Counted from the stretch's first letter, positions 40,531 to 58,107 are shown. The stretch is 64,000 bases of DNA from Lama guanicoe (GCA_013239625.1 MU053379.1:1294974-1358973); one strand, 5' to 3'. A program made the numbers and translations. Notes: generated from the letters alone by a model not told the origin.

Positions 40531-41179
40531 ACCTACAAGCTATAAATTTAAAACATTTGCAGAATTTTAAAAACAAAAGAAGACACCTATGATGTTATGT
40601 GAAGCACAAAAGGCAGGTTGCAAATTTGTGGGTAGAAGATGATCTCAGCTGTCCTTAAGGAGAAAAAGTGTGGATGGGAATCAGCCGAGATGTTGGCAGT
40701 AGCTGCCTCCTGGTAATAGGAGTGTAAGGGGTTTCTTCTTTCTTTTCTTATAAATATACTGTACTTGCCAGTTTTTCTGCAATGAACATGTATTTATTGA
40801 TGACAGCTAGACTAATAAACCCAAGGGGAAGCTTCAGTCTCCCACGTAGACTATTGATGAAGGGCTAAAATCTCAGCCCTTCACTTTCAAGGCAACACTT
40901 AGGAAATGGTTTTTAATAGTGTGTGTTTTAATCATTTAGAAGTTACAACATAATCTAAAGCTGCATTTAAGAAAAGTTACAATATGGTAGAAACATAGAG
41001 CAGGGTATAGATGTTATTTATTATTTTATGATCAAAGTATAGGGTTATAGATTTTAAATCCTGATTTTTCTATTTTAATAACATGTTCTCTGTTTTGTGC
41101 TTTCAGAATTAGTAACGTGGTCATTAACTGTTTTTATAAATGGAAAGTAAAAGGCGTACTGTATCTTTCAGCCTCATAG

Positions 41180-41320
<141 letters not shown>

Positions 41321-41489
41321 TGAGTTTCTCTTGAAACACTTTGTCTTCTGCATCTCTTGCCTGTGTGGGGGATTTAAGCCGTGAGGGCAGAGGGTCCTGA
41401 ACACTAGGTTCTGTTGATGGTGCGTGTGCATGTCCGGCCCTGTTCTCGGGTCTCGTTAGAAGGCCACAAAAAACGCAGCACCAATTGGG

Positions 41490-42300
41490 TTCAAACCCTG
41501 TCCTCCACAGTCTTCTCCATCTCAGCTGTTGGTACCCCATCTTCTGGTTGTTTAGCATAAAATCATTAGGTTCATCCTTGACTTCTCTTTTTCTCATACC
41601 CCACGTCTAATCCATGAGGAGATCCCAGTCTATAGTCAGATTTGACCCAGAATCCTGTCGCTTCTTTCTCCCCACCTCTCCTGTTCTGGGCCGGTGCCGC
41701 CTCCCACGTGAGTTACTAGGGGAGTCTCTTAACCCTTCTCCCTGATCTCACCCTTGCCCACTTATAGTTTATCCTTAACCCAGCAGCCAGAGTAACTCTT
41801 TAAAAACATACCACATTACATCTGTGTTCAGGGACCTCCAAGGGCGAAAATGTCTCCTTTTCCACCCAGAGTAACAGCCTTCAGAGTCCTGTGTGCGCTG
41901 GCCCCCTCATCACCCCACCTCAGCTGCTTCAGTGTCCTCGTTCAGCTCCAGGGGGCCTCTTTGACTTTGCTCAGGGTGCCGGGAGTAGACGTGTCCCTGG
42001 GCCTTTGCTCCGGCTGCCCCTCAGGCTGGGGCTCTTTCCCTGTGTCTGTATTGCTCTCTCCCTCTCCTCCTCCAGCTGTTTGCTCGAATGTTACTTTCTT
42101 AATAAGGCTGCCCTGACGTCCCATTTATTGGTGGAGCCAGCCCCCACCTCCCTCCTGGCATTCACAACGCCCTTTCCTGTTTCCATTCCAGAGAGCTAGC
42201 CCCCCTGGCAGATAGGCCTGTGTCCTCTTAGTTCACTCATGGATGGCAGGGCCTGGGGCAATGTTTGGCCTTCAGAAACGGGGAATCAGTTACTGGATAC
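41490..42300 (+). mobile_element. L2 fragment
   Basis: Degenerate L2-type text (catccttgacttctct...cagcagccagagtaactctttaaaa...gaatgttactttct). Confidence 0.55.
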
Positions 42301-42388
42301 AAACAGCTTTTACGCCCAGTTTGTTTTGCTAGAACCTGTCGTTTAAGCAGAGGTAAGCAGAGGTGTGTTGAGGTGTCCTCGTCTCTGA

Positions 42389-42772
<384 letters not shown>

Positions 42773-42857
42773 TGAAAAATTGGTTAGGAAAAAGGAAAAA
42801 AAAAATTAGTCGTTCACCTTTAGCATTATGGGAAATGAATCTTTGTGGTCTGTTTAG

Positions 42858-42943
42858 GATATGCTGGGCCTGACCAAGCCCACCGTGCCTGTGCAGCCGG
42901 CGCGACCTGCTCAGCCGCACGAGCAGCCTTTCGTCTCCAGCAG
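42858..42943 (+). CDS. SEC23B: SEC23B exon 6
   Basis: DMLGLTKPTVPVQPARPAQPHEQPFVSS(R); 86 nt. Confidence 0.95.
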
Positions 42944-43852
42944 GTGAGACCCCCGGAGCCCCGCACGCCCGCAGCCGGCCCGCGTGGTGCTTGCTGGGGG
43001 AGAGGGAGGATGATGCGGGAGGGTTTGTCTTCTTATTTTTGGAGGAGAAACAAAAGATTAATAAGCCTAACCTGTATTTAATGTTTAATAATGAACATGA
43101 TGCATCAGCATATACTTGAAACTTATGACTAAATTACTATTATATATGATCTGCATAAATACACGTGTATATGTACACGGGTGGCAGATTTGCTCAGAAT
43201 GGTTTTCCTCTTAGTGTCATTACAGGTCTTTTGAGACCTCTTTATGCAGTCACTCCCCTCTTACACACACGCTGTTGTCGTTTTTTGGTTCTTAAGTAAA
43301 GCCGGGGAAACTGGAAAGGCTTCTTTTGGGCATCCTCCTGCAAACCTGAGACCAGGCACTGGGTTCACGGGGCCCGTTGCTCTCCTAGGGCTGCCCGGGG
43401 CTGGGTTAACAGTCAGCAAACGTGATAAAGTGCGTTGCCCGAGAAGCTGCGGACAGCCTCCCGCTCCAGTAAGAAATGGGTGTTTCTGTATTACTGTCAC
43501 AACTCAGGAGAAAAACAAATTGAATCTTTCAAATGATGAAGTTGTCCGCGTACATGAGCTTTATGTGGACTGAGTTCATGTTAGGCATGTGTTTGGGATT
43601 TCTTTGCTGCTTAAAATTTAATTAAATTGATTTGCTTCTATTTAAATTGATTGTTTTCTAATGCTGCACGTGTAAATTGCTACACATTAGGCTTTAAATT
43701 ATATCCCCGAATAAAACTGTGTTGAGTTGTTTCGGGTTTGTAGTGAGAGAGAACATTGAGGAAAAAAACAGCTGTGAGTTTTTTCTACCCTGATACTTAA
43801 TTTGAAGAGCAGTAACCATGTGTCCCATGGGGCTGAAGACCAGCGTGCTTGA

Positions 43853-44047
<195 letters not shown>

Positions 44048-44439
44048 TGACCGGGCCCTCGCGCACCGTGCAGGCTTGCTCGCAGAAGGTGTCTCTGTGG
44101 GCCTTGTTTGAAAACCAGTCGTGGTGTAAATCAGCTGACAGGGTTGACTTATCAGGATGTGTTTCAATCATTATTATTTTCCCCACCAAAGAGGCCCTCG
44201 ATACTTCGAACGTACAGAGTTTTCATGAGAAACAAAAGGCCTTTAGGGCACTGGGAAGTGCTCCCAGTAAATGAAGAAAGGTGTGCCAGACCCTCCGGTT
44301 GGAAGAGAGGGGCAGCTGTCTTGCAGTGTCGTCGGTATTCACGGCAGCTGAGAACTCACATTGGGAGCACTTCTGGGGGAAGTGAAACACACTTGGGGTG
44401 GGCTGTGTGTTTCTAAAATGCTGCCATTTATTGCTTTAG

Positions 44440-45098
<659 letters not shown>

Positions 45099-45499
45099 TG
45101 AAGGAAAGGGAAGTGAGTGACGGAACCCTAGCAGTGGGCAAGGCTGGCTTGGGTGTGCTCTCACGGGCTCCGGGTTGGGTTTCAGGGGCCGGGGAGGGTG
45201 TGTGGGCCTCTTGGAGGGAGAAGCTGTGATCAACAGGAGGTCAGGGTTCACTGTGAACATGTCGTGTCTCAGTAACTTGACTTCTCCCTTAGAGCTGTTA
45301 CAGACAGCAGGGCAAGAAGGCAGGTGTGGAGGGCCTGGCCTTCAGCACTGCCTTGTGAGAATGGGGGAGAATAGGTCTAAATGCCAGAGCAACTGGGAGC
45401 GCCTTCGCCCGGTTTACTGACCGCACCTGCTAACAGCCGCACATGCTCGGCCCGGAGGGCGCTGCTCGGGGCGTGCTTGGAGCCCACGTCCTCATTGCC

Positions 45500-45990
45500 C
45501 AGGAGTGGTGCCCGGCCAGCTGCCTTCAGGGCCTGTGGGGGCTGACTAGACATGTGCACACCCGGGCCTCACGCCACGCCTCCCGAATCAGAGACTGAGG
45601 ATGCAGCCTGGCAGTCGGTTTTAACAAGCTCTCCAGGGATTCTGGTGCACACAGAGCTGGAGAACCACTGATGTGCAGTGCTGGGCTGAGCCGCCGCACA
45701 TCAGAATCACCTGGGAACCCTACAAACTACTCTTGGTTCGGGTCTTGTTTCCCCAGAGATTCTGGGCTGTTAGCATGGGGCATGGCCTGGGCATCAGCAG
45801 GTTTAAGGTTCCCGAGGGTTTCCGATGTGGAGCAGAGTTTGAGAACCGCTGGTGTGGGCCCTTCCTGCTCCCGGCGTGGCTGAGCACAGGCAGCATCTTG
45901 AGCCTCAGCTGAACCTTGTCTCAAAACCCGCGTTTGTGTGCAAATTCCCTGGGAATCATTCAAACACAATTTAGTTTGAGAACCACTGGC
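45500..45990. mobile_element. Cluster of three MER5-type hAT elements
   Basis: Three GAGAACC(A/G)CTG termini (about 45660, 45841, 45978) with agaatcacctggg and ttttaacaagctctcc motifs. Confidence 0.7.
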
Positions 45991-46744
45991 CTAGAGCCTT
46001 GGGTGGACCCTGGATCCTGCGTGTCCACTGGGCTCCCAGGTGGTGCTGCTGGTCCTCGCTGAGTGGAGGGGGGAGGGTGGAAGCTGGGACCCACATCTTG
46101 GTGACACCAACATGGCTATGCCTGTGAGTTCTTTTAATAAGGTGGACTGCCCCCGTGCCATCCAGGAGCTCTTGTCTTGGAACATCACAGGACAGCTTCA
46201 GTGTGCTTGTGAGCATCCCCCAGCTTACACACCAGGGTTCACGTGTGTGCACACTTCTGTGGAGAGGGCCCAGCACTCCTGTCGTGTCCTCTGTGGGGTC
46301 TGACTCCTGAACAGCTCACTGTTTATGTTTAGGTCACATCACCTGTCGCACAAGTACAGTATCAGGGAAAGATGTTAACAGTGACATTAAAAAAAAAAAG
46401 ACTTTGAGGTTCTCGTTGATGGCTTGAAGTGAGGCAGCCATTTGGGACGACTTCCAGCAAAGGCAGGGTGGCCTGGGCTGTGCTGCAGGAGCCCGTTGCC
46501 TTCAAGGAGGAGCACAGCCTCGGTTTCCTTGGTGCTGCTCACACCTTATCCAGTTGTAGCACCTTTTTTTTTCAACTTTTTATTTTGAAATAAGTCTGTT
46601 CATACTTTTCAACTCGCAGCTCCCCGTGGTAGCATCTTACATAAACACAGCACGGTGTCAGAACCAGGAAGTTGGCGTTGCTCCAATGTAGTTTCTACAG
46701 TACAGGCCGTGCGTGCTCTCACCAGTCTTTATGTGCACTCAGTT

Positions 46745-47505
46745 ATTTTTTTACTGACGTATAGTCGATTCACAATGTTGTGTTAGTTTCTGGTGCACAG
46801 CATAGTGATTCATTTATACACATATATATTCCTTTTCATATTTTTTCATTATAGGCTATTATAAGATATTGAATATAGTTCCCCGTGCTATACAGTAGGA
46901 CCTTGTTGTTTACTTATTTATTTAAAATTTTTTTTTTCAAGGGGAGGGCATTAGGTTTACTTATTTACTTATTTTCTTCATGGAGGTTCTGGGGATTGAA
47001 CTCAGGACCTTGTGTGTGCTAGGCGTGCACTCTGCCACTGAGCTGTACCCTTGCACTTTTATTTTATATATAGCAGTATTTGCAAATCTCAAGCTCCTAA
47101 TTTATCCCTTCCCACCCCCTTAACCCCCCAGTAACCACAAGTTTGTTTTCTATGCCTGTAGATCTTGTTTCTGTTTTGGAAATAAGATCATTGGTGCCGT
47201 TTTTTAAGATTCCACAAATGAGTGGTATCGTGTGCTAGTTTTCTTCCTCATTCTGGCTTGCTCCCCTTAGGCTGACAGTCTCCAGGTCCAGTAGTGTTGT
47301 TGTAAGTGGCATTATTTTCTTTTTCATGGCTCAGTAGTAGTCCATTGTATATATACATCACATTTTCTTCATCCAGTCCTTTGTCGATGGACATTTAGGT
47401 TGTTCCCATGTCTTGGCTGTTGTCAATATTACTGCTGTGAACATTGGGGTGCTCGTGTCTTTTTGAATTAGAGGTTTCTCCAGATATATGCCCAGGAGTG
47501 GCATT
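46745..47505 (-). mobile_element. LINE-1 3' end with nested camelid SINE (about 46915-47053)
   Basis: Same L1 family text as 1270-2010; SINE head ggggattgaactcaggacc inside. Confidence 0.85.
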
Positions 47506-47727
47506 GTTTATAAAGTTTGTGTGTCTGTATACTTCTGTGAGATTTTATCCTCTCTGTGGGTTTGTATGGCCATCACAGTGATCAGAGTACAGCACTGCTC
47601 TAAAGGGTTCTGTGTTTAATGTTTAAACGTAGTGTCTTTCCTTAGTACAAACTGAGCTGGCTCTTTTCCATTTACCTCATCACAGGCGCTTTTATGGACG
47701 TGCTTGCTTTGTTCTTCTGTAAAGTAA

Positions 47728-47937
<210 letters not shown>

Positions 47938-48972
47938 TAATAAATTTCTAAAACTTGAATGAAAGAGTAGTATAGACTTCGGGAAGCCTCAGCCTGCAGG
48001 ACCCAGGCATCTGAAGATTAGTTAAAAGGGTCCCAGCGAAATATCCCGACGAAGTGTATTTATTCTATCCCTTTGCTTCTTGGGAGTGGCCCGTGTGTTT
48101 ATCAGTGTTGTGAACAGAGTGTCCGCTTCCCCGGGAGGCTCTGCTCTGCTCTAGGACAGCAGGCCAGACGGGTGGTGGGCCGGGCGTCCACCCAGCCGTC
48201 GGTGAGGGCCGCCGCACGCGCAGGACTGTGGTTTGCATGTAGTGCCTGCCTGCAGACGAGCCAGCGCGCCCGGTCACAGGGCAGCGTCGTGAGTTCGGGG
48301 GCTGTTTTCCACGTCGGGGCTGATCGCCCTGCACGCTTGATTCTGCGTCATCTGAGAAAACATTCAAGGGGCCGTTAGAAAATATGATTGGAAATACTAC
48401 TTGGCCAACTGGAGATCATTATTAAATCGTTTAGGTTAAACTGTAAACCACAGTGTCAAACATTTGAGGGTTTTTTTTAGAAAGATGAAGAGGAGTGAAC
48501 TTTGCTGAAATGAATTCAGATTTAAATTCTCGGTGGGTTGTTGGCCTTGTCGTTGCGTTGGAGTTCATGAATTGAGTATTTTTAAAGCAACACAAAGCAG
48601 CACATTTGCTGATTGAAAATTGTCACGAACTGTGTGAGGCTCGTGGAACTGGAGGAGAAGGCAGTGCCGTCGGTGGAGTTGCTGCCTTCTGTGTGCACGA
48701 CGATTTCACAGCCGAGCACGCGGAAGATGCTGCATCATCTTTGGAACAAAGATAATGCTGTTTCCAAAGGAGGGTTTCCTGAAAGCTTTGACCAGCTCGC
48801 AGGGTCCTGGGGAAGCTTGTACGGGGCCGTTCATATACTGTAATACCTGTAGGATTTTCTTGGTAGAATGATAACCCTGCCCTAGTCTTCCCCCAAGTTT
48901 TAGTTGTGTCCTTTGTGATCGGGTGGTTTTTGGTGATTTTTAACTGCATACTCTCATGAAATTCTGTTTCAG

Positions 48973-49053
48973 ACCTCGCGGGAACTGAAGATCGCGGGAG
49001 CCATCGGGCCGTGTGTATCTCTGAACGTGAAAGGGCCGTGTGTGTCAGAAAAC
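48973..49053 (+). CDS. SEC23B: SEC23B exon 11
   Basis: [27 protein letters not shown]; 81 nt. Confidence 0.96.
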
Positions 49054-50551
49054 GTAAGGAAAACCCTTCCATCACCCACACCTCCTGTGCCCGGACTTGA
49101 CCCCTTAGACGCGTTGGGGATGGATGACCTTGCGTGGTGTCACCTGTGGGTGTGCGTCTGCGGTGAGGAGGGGCGGGCTGACTTACTGACGACCACAGCC
49201 CCGAGGGGCAGTGTCATTCCTATCTTTCCACCCCCCAGTCTGAATGGTCAGAGAGGAGAAAACGGAGGCTCAGAGAGGCTAAGTATCTTGCTCAGGGTCA
49301 GTGCTGACACAGGACCTGGAGCCCAGGTCCCCTTGCCCCCTGCGCCAGGGCGCCGCCGGGTGCTCTGCTCAGCACAAGGCAGACCTTCAGCGAAACCCTT
49401 CAGGGATGGTCCGTGGGCTTGTTGCCCTTGGAAGGGGTACCTTTGTCTCAATTCTCAGAGACTGTTTTGAGCCTGGTGGGCAGTGGGTGACGCTGTGGTG
49501 TGTGCAGGCATCAGTGTTCCTTGGGTGACAGGTTTTGAGTCCATGGGAACAAAGTTCAGTTCACATGAGGTGGGGAGGTGCTTGGCTGATGGCCCACTTC
49601 CTCTGATGACACCTTAGCTGCCAAGGGGCAGGCCTTTGGGTCCAGTGAGGCCCGTCCGGGGTGGCTCTGGGCTGGATTAGCACAGTTACATCCTCCCCTG
49701 AGTGTCGTCTTCAACAAGTGAGTGGACACTATCACTGGACGTGGACTTGGCTCAGGTCTGCCCCCTGGTGGCCGCGCAGTCCCAGCAAGGTGCTTCATCG
49801 CTCTGGGGTTCAGCGTCCTTATCTGGGAAATGGAGACAGTAATGGCTGCTTACTTTCCAGCACTGTCCGGAGGGTTAACAGAGTAGTTCCCTGGCAGCAC
49901 TTAGAGCGGTGCCTGGCACAAGGGGGCCCCCCTCTAGATTTCATCTTCCACATCGTCATCTTTGTTTTCAGCAGCAGTGACTACACTTGGATTAAGTTTT
50001 TGTCCAAGTTGCCAGAGGCAAGAACATTCCTGTAATCCCCTGGGTGGGGCGGGGTGCTGCCCCAGGCCCGTCTGATGAATACCTCGTGCTGCCTGTGCAC
50101 TGAGGGGCTGTGCTGTTTCTCGGCGGGGCACTGGAAGGCTGCCCTGTCCAGACATTTTCCATAGACTTAACACCTGCCTAAGAAGGTGTTATAAGTTAGT
50201 ACAAACTGACTGTTCTGGGATCCAGCAAGGATGACTGAGATTTTTGCAGGGACGATGGAGGATGCAAAGAGGAGGGAAGTGCAGTTTCCAGACCAGCAGG
50301 GAAGTTGAGAGAAGGGCGTAGTGAATTCCTGTGTCCCCGCCGTCCAGAGCCAGTAGTGCTGGCATTTTGTCATAATTGCTCTGTCTTCTTTTTTTGCCAC
50401 GTATGCGTTATCTTTCTGATATTCTCTATTTTGCTGTATTCTCTTCATCATATTTTTGCAGAGCCTTTGAAAACAAGTTGCAGGCATGTTGACAATCTTT
50501 CAGTGTTTCAGTGTGCACCTGCTTTAGACAAGGGTCTTCCACCACGTTATT

Positions 50552-50680
50552 TTGTGTGTGTGGGGGGGGAGGTAATTAGGTTTACTTGTTTATAATTTTA
50601 ATGGAGGCACTGGGGATTGAACCTGGGACCTCGTGCATGCTAGGCATGCGCTCTACCACTGAGTCGGCTCTCCCCCCTTG
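50552..50680 (-). mobile_element. Camelid SINE
   Basis: SINE head; TSD accacgttatt / accatgttatt. Confidence 0.88.
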
Positions 50681-51435
50681 TACCATGTTATTATCAAGTT
50701 TAAGGAAACTGATTTCCTGATATCATGAAGCATTTGATCATGTTCTTTCCCTGATTCCCCTCCAGGTGCCCTTTGTGGCTTTTCCCCCTCTGAGCAGCGT
50801 TGTGTCTAATACTATACATCCTTAGGCTTTTAAAACCTAGAATGGTCTTCCTGTCATTTTGTTCGTTTATAGTTTTTTGCTTGTCTTGTTTGATGATCTT
50901 GGTTGTTGAAGAGATAGCGCCAAGTGCCAGGTGTCTTCTGTAATCAAGTGTCTCAGGTCCTGCACGTCTGTTCCCTTTTCTGACTTGTTTCTGTCACCCC
51001 CGTATTTCCTGTGAAGTGGAGGTTAGATTAACAATTGGATTCGGTTAAACCTTTCTGTCCCCCATGACCCGCTCCCTGAGTGGGCTGTGTACCTCATCTC
51101 AGTTTCGCTGAGTGGTTGTGGTGAGGTGATGGCTGTGCACATCTTTTGGTTTAGGGGCCGTTTCCTTTTTGCCACGAGCGGGAAATCCGTTCATGATTGT
51201 TCAAGGTTGTAGCTCAACGTGAGTATCTTGTTTGCCAACAGCCTTTCACCTGATGATTTTAGCGTCCGTTGAATCAGTGTATTTGAATTGCAATAAAATG
51301 GTGATTTCCTAATTCCATTTTTACAGTTCTTTTGATAAAGGCAGGGTGAATTGCTGCATAAGGAAGTTGCGTGTTAGCAAGAAAATGTACACATGGGGCT
51401 CTGGCGGGTTTGTGGCCACACCTGGGCGTTGGTGC

Positions 51436-51888
51436 TACAGGAGAGGAAAATTTATCTTTTTCCTCAACCCATCTTAGTTTCATTGGCTTGGACCCTGCAA
51501 ATTAGACTGACAAAGAGAAAAACATACAGACTCAGTGATGAGTAACTCAGAGGAGTGGTTAGAACTTGGGATTATGTTGCATCTTAACAAAAAGTAAATT
51601 AATAGAAGAGTGACCAGGCAAGGGCAGATTGTGGAAAAGGAGCTAGCTGGGGCGAGCTGGTGGAAGACGCGGCGGCTTTAGCAGGAGTTGGTGCGGAGAG
51701 TCCTGTGACGCTACCTGCGGGCTGACGAGTGTGTAGAGTTGTCTGCGGTGACTAAGAACCCCTTGCCCTCCCAGCAGGAGGGACGCAGGGAGTTTTCTCA
51801 CGTCTGCTTTTAAAACCTTACCTTCAGCTTAAAGTGATCCATCTGCCAGCACAGTGTATTTTGGGGTGGCCTGTTCTGAACCCCTTGA
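51436..51888 (-). mobile_element. ERV1 solo LTR related to 32246-32734
   Basis: Ends gtattttggggtggcctgttctgaacccc, resembling the end of the 32246-32734 LTR. Confidence 0.65.
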
Positions 51889-52838
51889 TGTGAAACTTTA
51901 AGAAGTTCCATATGTTAATAATGGAGTTGGTAGATGTGGAGAGAGGTTCGAGAGAAGGGATTAGCAAGGCAAGGAAGGGAGGCAGGCAAGCTCCTTTTAC
52001 TTCTTTGCCGTTTTTCCTGGGTGTAGCCTTCACTTTCTAGCAGATGTCACCTGAATCTTTTAGAAAATGTCCCCAAAGGGAAGTTGAACACTCAGATCCA
52101 TCCACCTCATGATCTTGCGTAGGAAACACTCATGAAACACAGGGTGTCCTCCCCACTCTCCACCTTAGAGCTGTGCTGTCATTTCTCCTAAGGCCCTTCC
52201 CTTTCCCCTCCGACCGCCTCCGTCGTGAGGTTGCTGGCTCTGGCCCGGCTCCTGGCGTGGCTTTGTAGAGACCAGACTGATGTCAGCTGTACTCAGCCGA
52301 CAGTGTACAGTTTGGGTGGATTCAGAGTAACACAGAAGAGATACCATGACTCTCTTAATGCATAGTCACGTTCCTTTCTAAGGGCGGTATTCTGTACCAT
52401 CATGAGACGTTAAAATGTGTCTAGTCACTGTCTCTGGAGTGTATGTTTCAGAGGCTAGTGATCTTCTGTCTTAATGGTTCTGGGTACTTGACACCAGCAG
52501 CCTCTTTTTCTAGATGCCATGCTTAAAGCACTGGTACTCTTCACGTTTTAGTGAACCTCATATTTATCACTGGGAGCCAGTCAGCTAGTCAATAAAAAGC
52601 AGCTTTCCCAAGACTAAAATCTCAATTCTCTTACCAAGAATTTATATGTAACTTTTACATAAAGGAATTGGATTAAAAATTAGTATTTAACAGCTGACAT
52701 TCTGTAATTATTTCTTGTTCTGATAATGATGGAAGAAGGACATAAGTTTTTCAGGCCAAGTCGATCATTCTTTTTCTTCTCTGCTGTTTACTTCTTCCCC
52801 ATCCCTGCCTTGATTGTCTCAGCTGACATCAGGTACTT

Positions 52839-52862
52839 TGTGTGTGTGTGTGTGTGTGTGTG
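52839..52862. repeat. (TG)12 microsatellite
   Basis: Direct read. Confidence 0.95.
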
Positions 52863-52942
52863 TAAAGATGTGTCTCAATGATGTAATGAAAACTGATCGC
52901 AGTACCAATATAAAAAAGCTTAATATTAAAGTACTCGAATAA

Positions 52943-53221
<279 letters not shown>

Positions 53222-53891
53222 TGAACGGTCCTGCCCCAGTGTGGTGGTTCCTGGTTATCACAGACTGGTGGCTTCTTTCTCCGCAGACTGATGCTCCTTT
53301 GTGGTTGTGTTTGGCTCGATACCAGTCTGGCGTGATCTGCTTTTCTTCTTCCAGTGTTGGTTGGAGTCAGACAGCAAACTGTTTTTTGTCACCTTGTTGT
53401 TAAACTGATAGTCTTCAGAAGAAGAGTGGCTTTTATCAGCCATCATAATATTGGTGAATTTTTGAGTGTGTCAGTTTTCCCCCAGTATTTTATTTAAAAA
53501 AATTCAAACATACAGAAAAATTAGTAGAATTGTGCAGTAAACACGCGTCTATCCACAACTTAGGTTCTGTAATTAACATTCTGCCGTATTTGCTCTGTCA
53601 CATATCTGTCCGTCCCTCAATTCCCTGTATTTGTGACGTATTTTGGAGCAAATTGCAGTCGTCAGTGTCTTCCATCCCTAAACACCTAAGCGTGTGTATC
53701 ATTAACTTGAGTTCAGTATTTATTTGAACATGGTTTTTTTTTGAGGTAAAAGTCACACACAGTGAACTGCCTGGGTCTTAAGTGCACCATTCACGATGCA
53801 CCAGGAGCCTTACTGTCACCGCCGTGTGGGTCGCCTTTGGAGGAGCACGTGGGCCCTGTGACCTTGTGTGAGTGTCTCGCTGTGACAGTAA

Positions 53892-54026
<135 letters not shown>

Positions 54027-54519
54027 TGAGCACCCCCGCCTGCCTTTCTGTTGACCCACTGGTTTATCTTTGTAATCGCGTTGGGTGGCTCTCGCCAGCC
54101 CCCGCTATTTGGTCAGAGGAGGAGGAGGAGGGAGAGGCATTGTTGGCCAGTCCAGTTAGGCCTGTAGACTCTGGCCTCGAAGAGGCTTCTTTCAATAGGA
54201 ATTTGTTCATTAAAAATTATTTCTCATTATTGTGTTTATCAAATAAGTAACCCATAAATACACCTAAGGTAAAAGATTCAAGCAGCACATAATTAGGTAA
54301 AGAATGGGTCTCCATCACTCTCCACGGAGGTAAAGTGCTGTGACCGAAGTGGCACTGAACTTCGCAGGCCCGCGGGTACCGTGCGTGTGCTGTCTGCGTG
54401 ACGGCGGCTCGCAGCAGCATGTTCCTAGCTCTTCTCAGTCACGTGCCGAGGACACCTTCCATGTCAGTGCGTAAAAGCCGCTCCCTCATTCATTCTATTT
54501 TATCTTGAGAAAAGTTTCT

Positions 54520-55438
<919 letters not shown>

Positions 55439-57873
55439 TAAACTTACTTTATACAGTCAATAAATAAGAATTTTATTGGTTGCTTACCTCATGCCAAACG
55501 CTGGACCTTCTGAGCACGATGTGAAGGAAGTGTTAAATGTGCATCTTCCCCATGAGGGCGTAGTTACAGCTGGGGAGAGACAACACTCACAGGCCGTGTG
55601 GATAACAATGCAAATCTGAGTGTGTTGAAAGCTGATTTAGATGAGTCACTGTGAATGCTGTGGGTCTGTATTTTCCCTCCAGACCGTAGAAGGGTGTTTT
55701 GGAAATGGTCCACGGCCCAGTGAATGTAAGGAGCTGCCTAATGTGTCATTCTTGTGGAATCAGGAGAGAGAAACCACATGGTGATTTAAACAGGGGAAGT
55801 CGTATGTAAGGAACTACTGCTGCAACAAGGGGTTAGAATAACGAGGAGTCGGCTGGTCAGAGGTAAAGAGAAGCCTGGGGAGCATAGGACCAGCAGATCC
55901 AAGGGGCACTACTTCTGGGCTGAGGTGAGCACCCAAGGAAGACACCCTGCTCTCAGGGCCGCTCTAGACTCAGCCGGGGCCGGGGCCACGGCCACGGCCC
56001 ACCGAGTCTCTCAGGGCAGAGACGTTGCCGGGGGGCCTGCAGGAGGGACTGGGTAGAAATTCACCTTCTAGAACTGGACGGAAATCAACCCTCTATGGTG
56101 CCAAGGAAACCCTTCACCAGGAATGTCTCACCAGAGGCACAGGGGGGCCGGGGGCTGCCGTTGCTCAGCCCTGGGGGAGCTGCCAGCACCAGGCAGCTGG
56201 CAGAGGAGGAAGATTGGAAGGGCCTGCATCCATCTCACGGCAGGCAAAAAGGGTAAGTTTGAAGCCACGAAGCAGTAAGTCAGTAGCTGACATACCATGT
56301 GATCTTACCATCTTGGAAATTCACAGCACGGATTAGTGATCAGAGGCACTGAGAGACCCAGTAACAGCACCTCTTTAACCTAGTGTAGCCCACGTGTGCC
56401 CTTGCTGTCCTGTGGAACCATTTTCTCAGGGAATGTCAACGTTTCAAACAATTTGAAATCAAGCAGCGGGTCCAGGTGGTTGGCAAAGGCTTCATGTGAG
56501 AAGTGAGCCTCAAATCAAGTCTTTTTAAAAAGTAGGAGGCAAGCCTTACCAAGTGGAGGGCTCAGCACAGGCCAGCCTTAGGGATGTAGCTGTGCGTCTG
56601 TTTATACTGGGGACACGGAAGGGACAACCATCACAGGTGGCCAGCCTGTGCAATGGGGGTGCAGCAGTGAAGGTGCAGATTGATCGTGCCAAGCCTTGAC
56701 TTTAGAGTTAGGTCACAGCCTCGGTGTTAGAGGGGAAGACTGAAGTGTGCTTCTCAAGCAGGGGTGTGATACCAGCGCGACTCCTGTGTTCACACTGCCT
56801 GTCACTGTCTAAGATCAGTTTGAGGTGGAAAGACTGCTGGTAGGGAGACAGTGGAGGGTTTTGCAGGCTCCAGGGGGCTGAGACCAGGGTGGTGGCAGCA
56901 CAGTTGGAGGGGAGAGGAGGTTTGGAATCAGGATGTATGCTGAGAGAAGAAGTGGTAAAATTCGGTCAAACTATATGTGGACTCAAAAATGAAAAAATCA
57001 GTGTTGACTCGAGTTTCAGGTGTGAGTAAATGCAAGAATTGAGGGCAGGACAGGGGAAAGGCGGGCAGCCTCGGAGTGGAGGGAGGCGACCCCACCCCTT
57101 TTAATGCAATCATTTGATTTCTCTTGAATGTGAACTGGAAAAGCACTCTTCCAAGGAAAGCTGCCCTGTGCCGGAGAAGCCCTGACAGGCTCAGGTCAGA
57201 GGCCAGCGCTGGACGCGGGAGGGGTTCAGGTGGCACCAGTCTGGCTCGTGTTACTTGTCGCTGAGGCAGTGGGGGTGGGAGCGTGGGGCCAAGAACTCAC
57301 CCTGGAGGAGCCCGCAGCGAGTTCAGAGGTGGTGGGGGGAGGGGGCCCTTGAACGAGGCAAAGGAGGATTATTTGGAGAGGTGACAAGGTTTAGGAAAGT
57401 GCTGTTTTAGCAGCTGAAGGAGAGAGTTTCAGGAAGTGTGGGAAGTCACTTCGTTCGTGGTGGCGGGGGGTTTGGGAAGGTGAGGCCTTTGCAGGGCTTT
57501 GCTAGGAAGGAGTGTCATTGTAGAGATGCACTTTCTTTCAGATAGCCTGATTTTCTAGTGACCAGAGGAATGTGGGAAACAAAGAGGAAATAAAGACACA
57601 AAGAGAAAGTGTTCAGAAATTTGCCTCAAAGAAAGGAGGAAAATTGAGCTGTGGAGTGACAGAGCATCAAGGGTTCTCTGTGACTGCAAGGGTTTCTCTG
57701 TGGCCTTAGAGGGTTTTCTAGCGGGAGAGGTGCCTGGGAAAGCCCCCCAGCCGCTCACAAGCAGAGTGGTCCTTGGCCAGCATGCCTGGGAGCTGGTTAG
57801 AATCGCAGCCTCTCCGGCCCCTCCCCCGAGCTGCTGAATCATTTAACAACACCTGAGTGTCGTGTCTGTGTGA

Positions 57874-58107
<234 letters not shown>

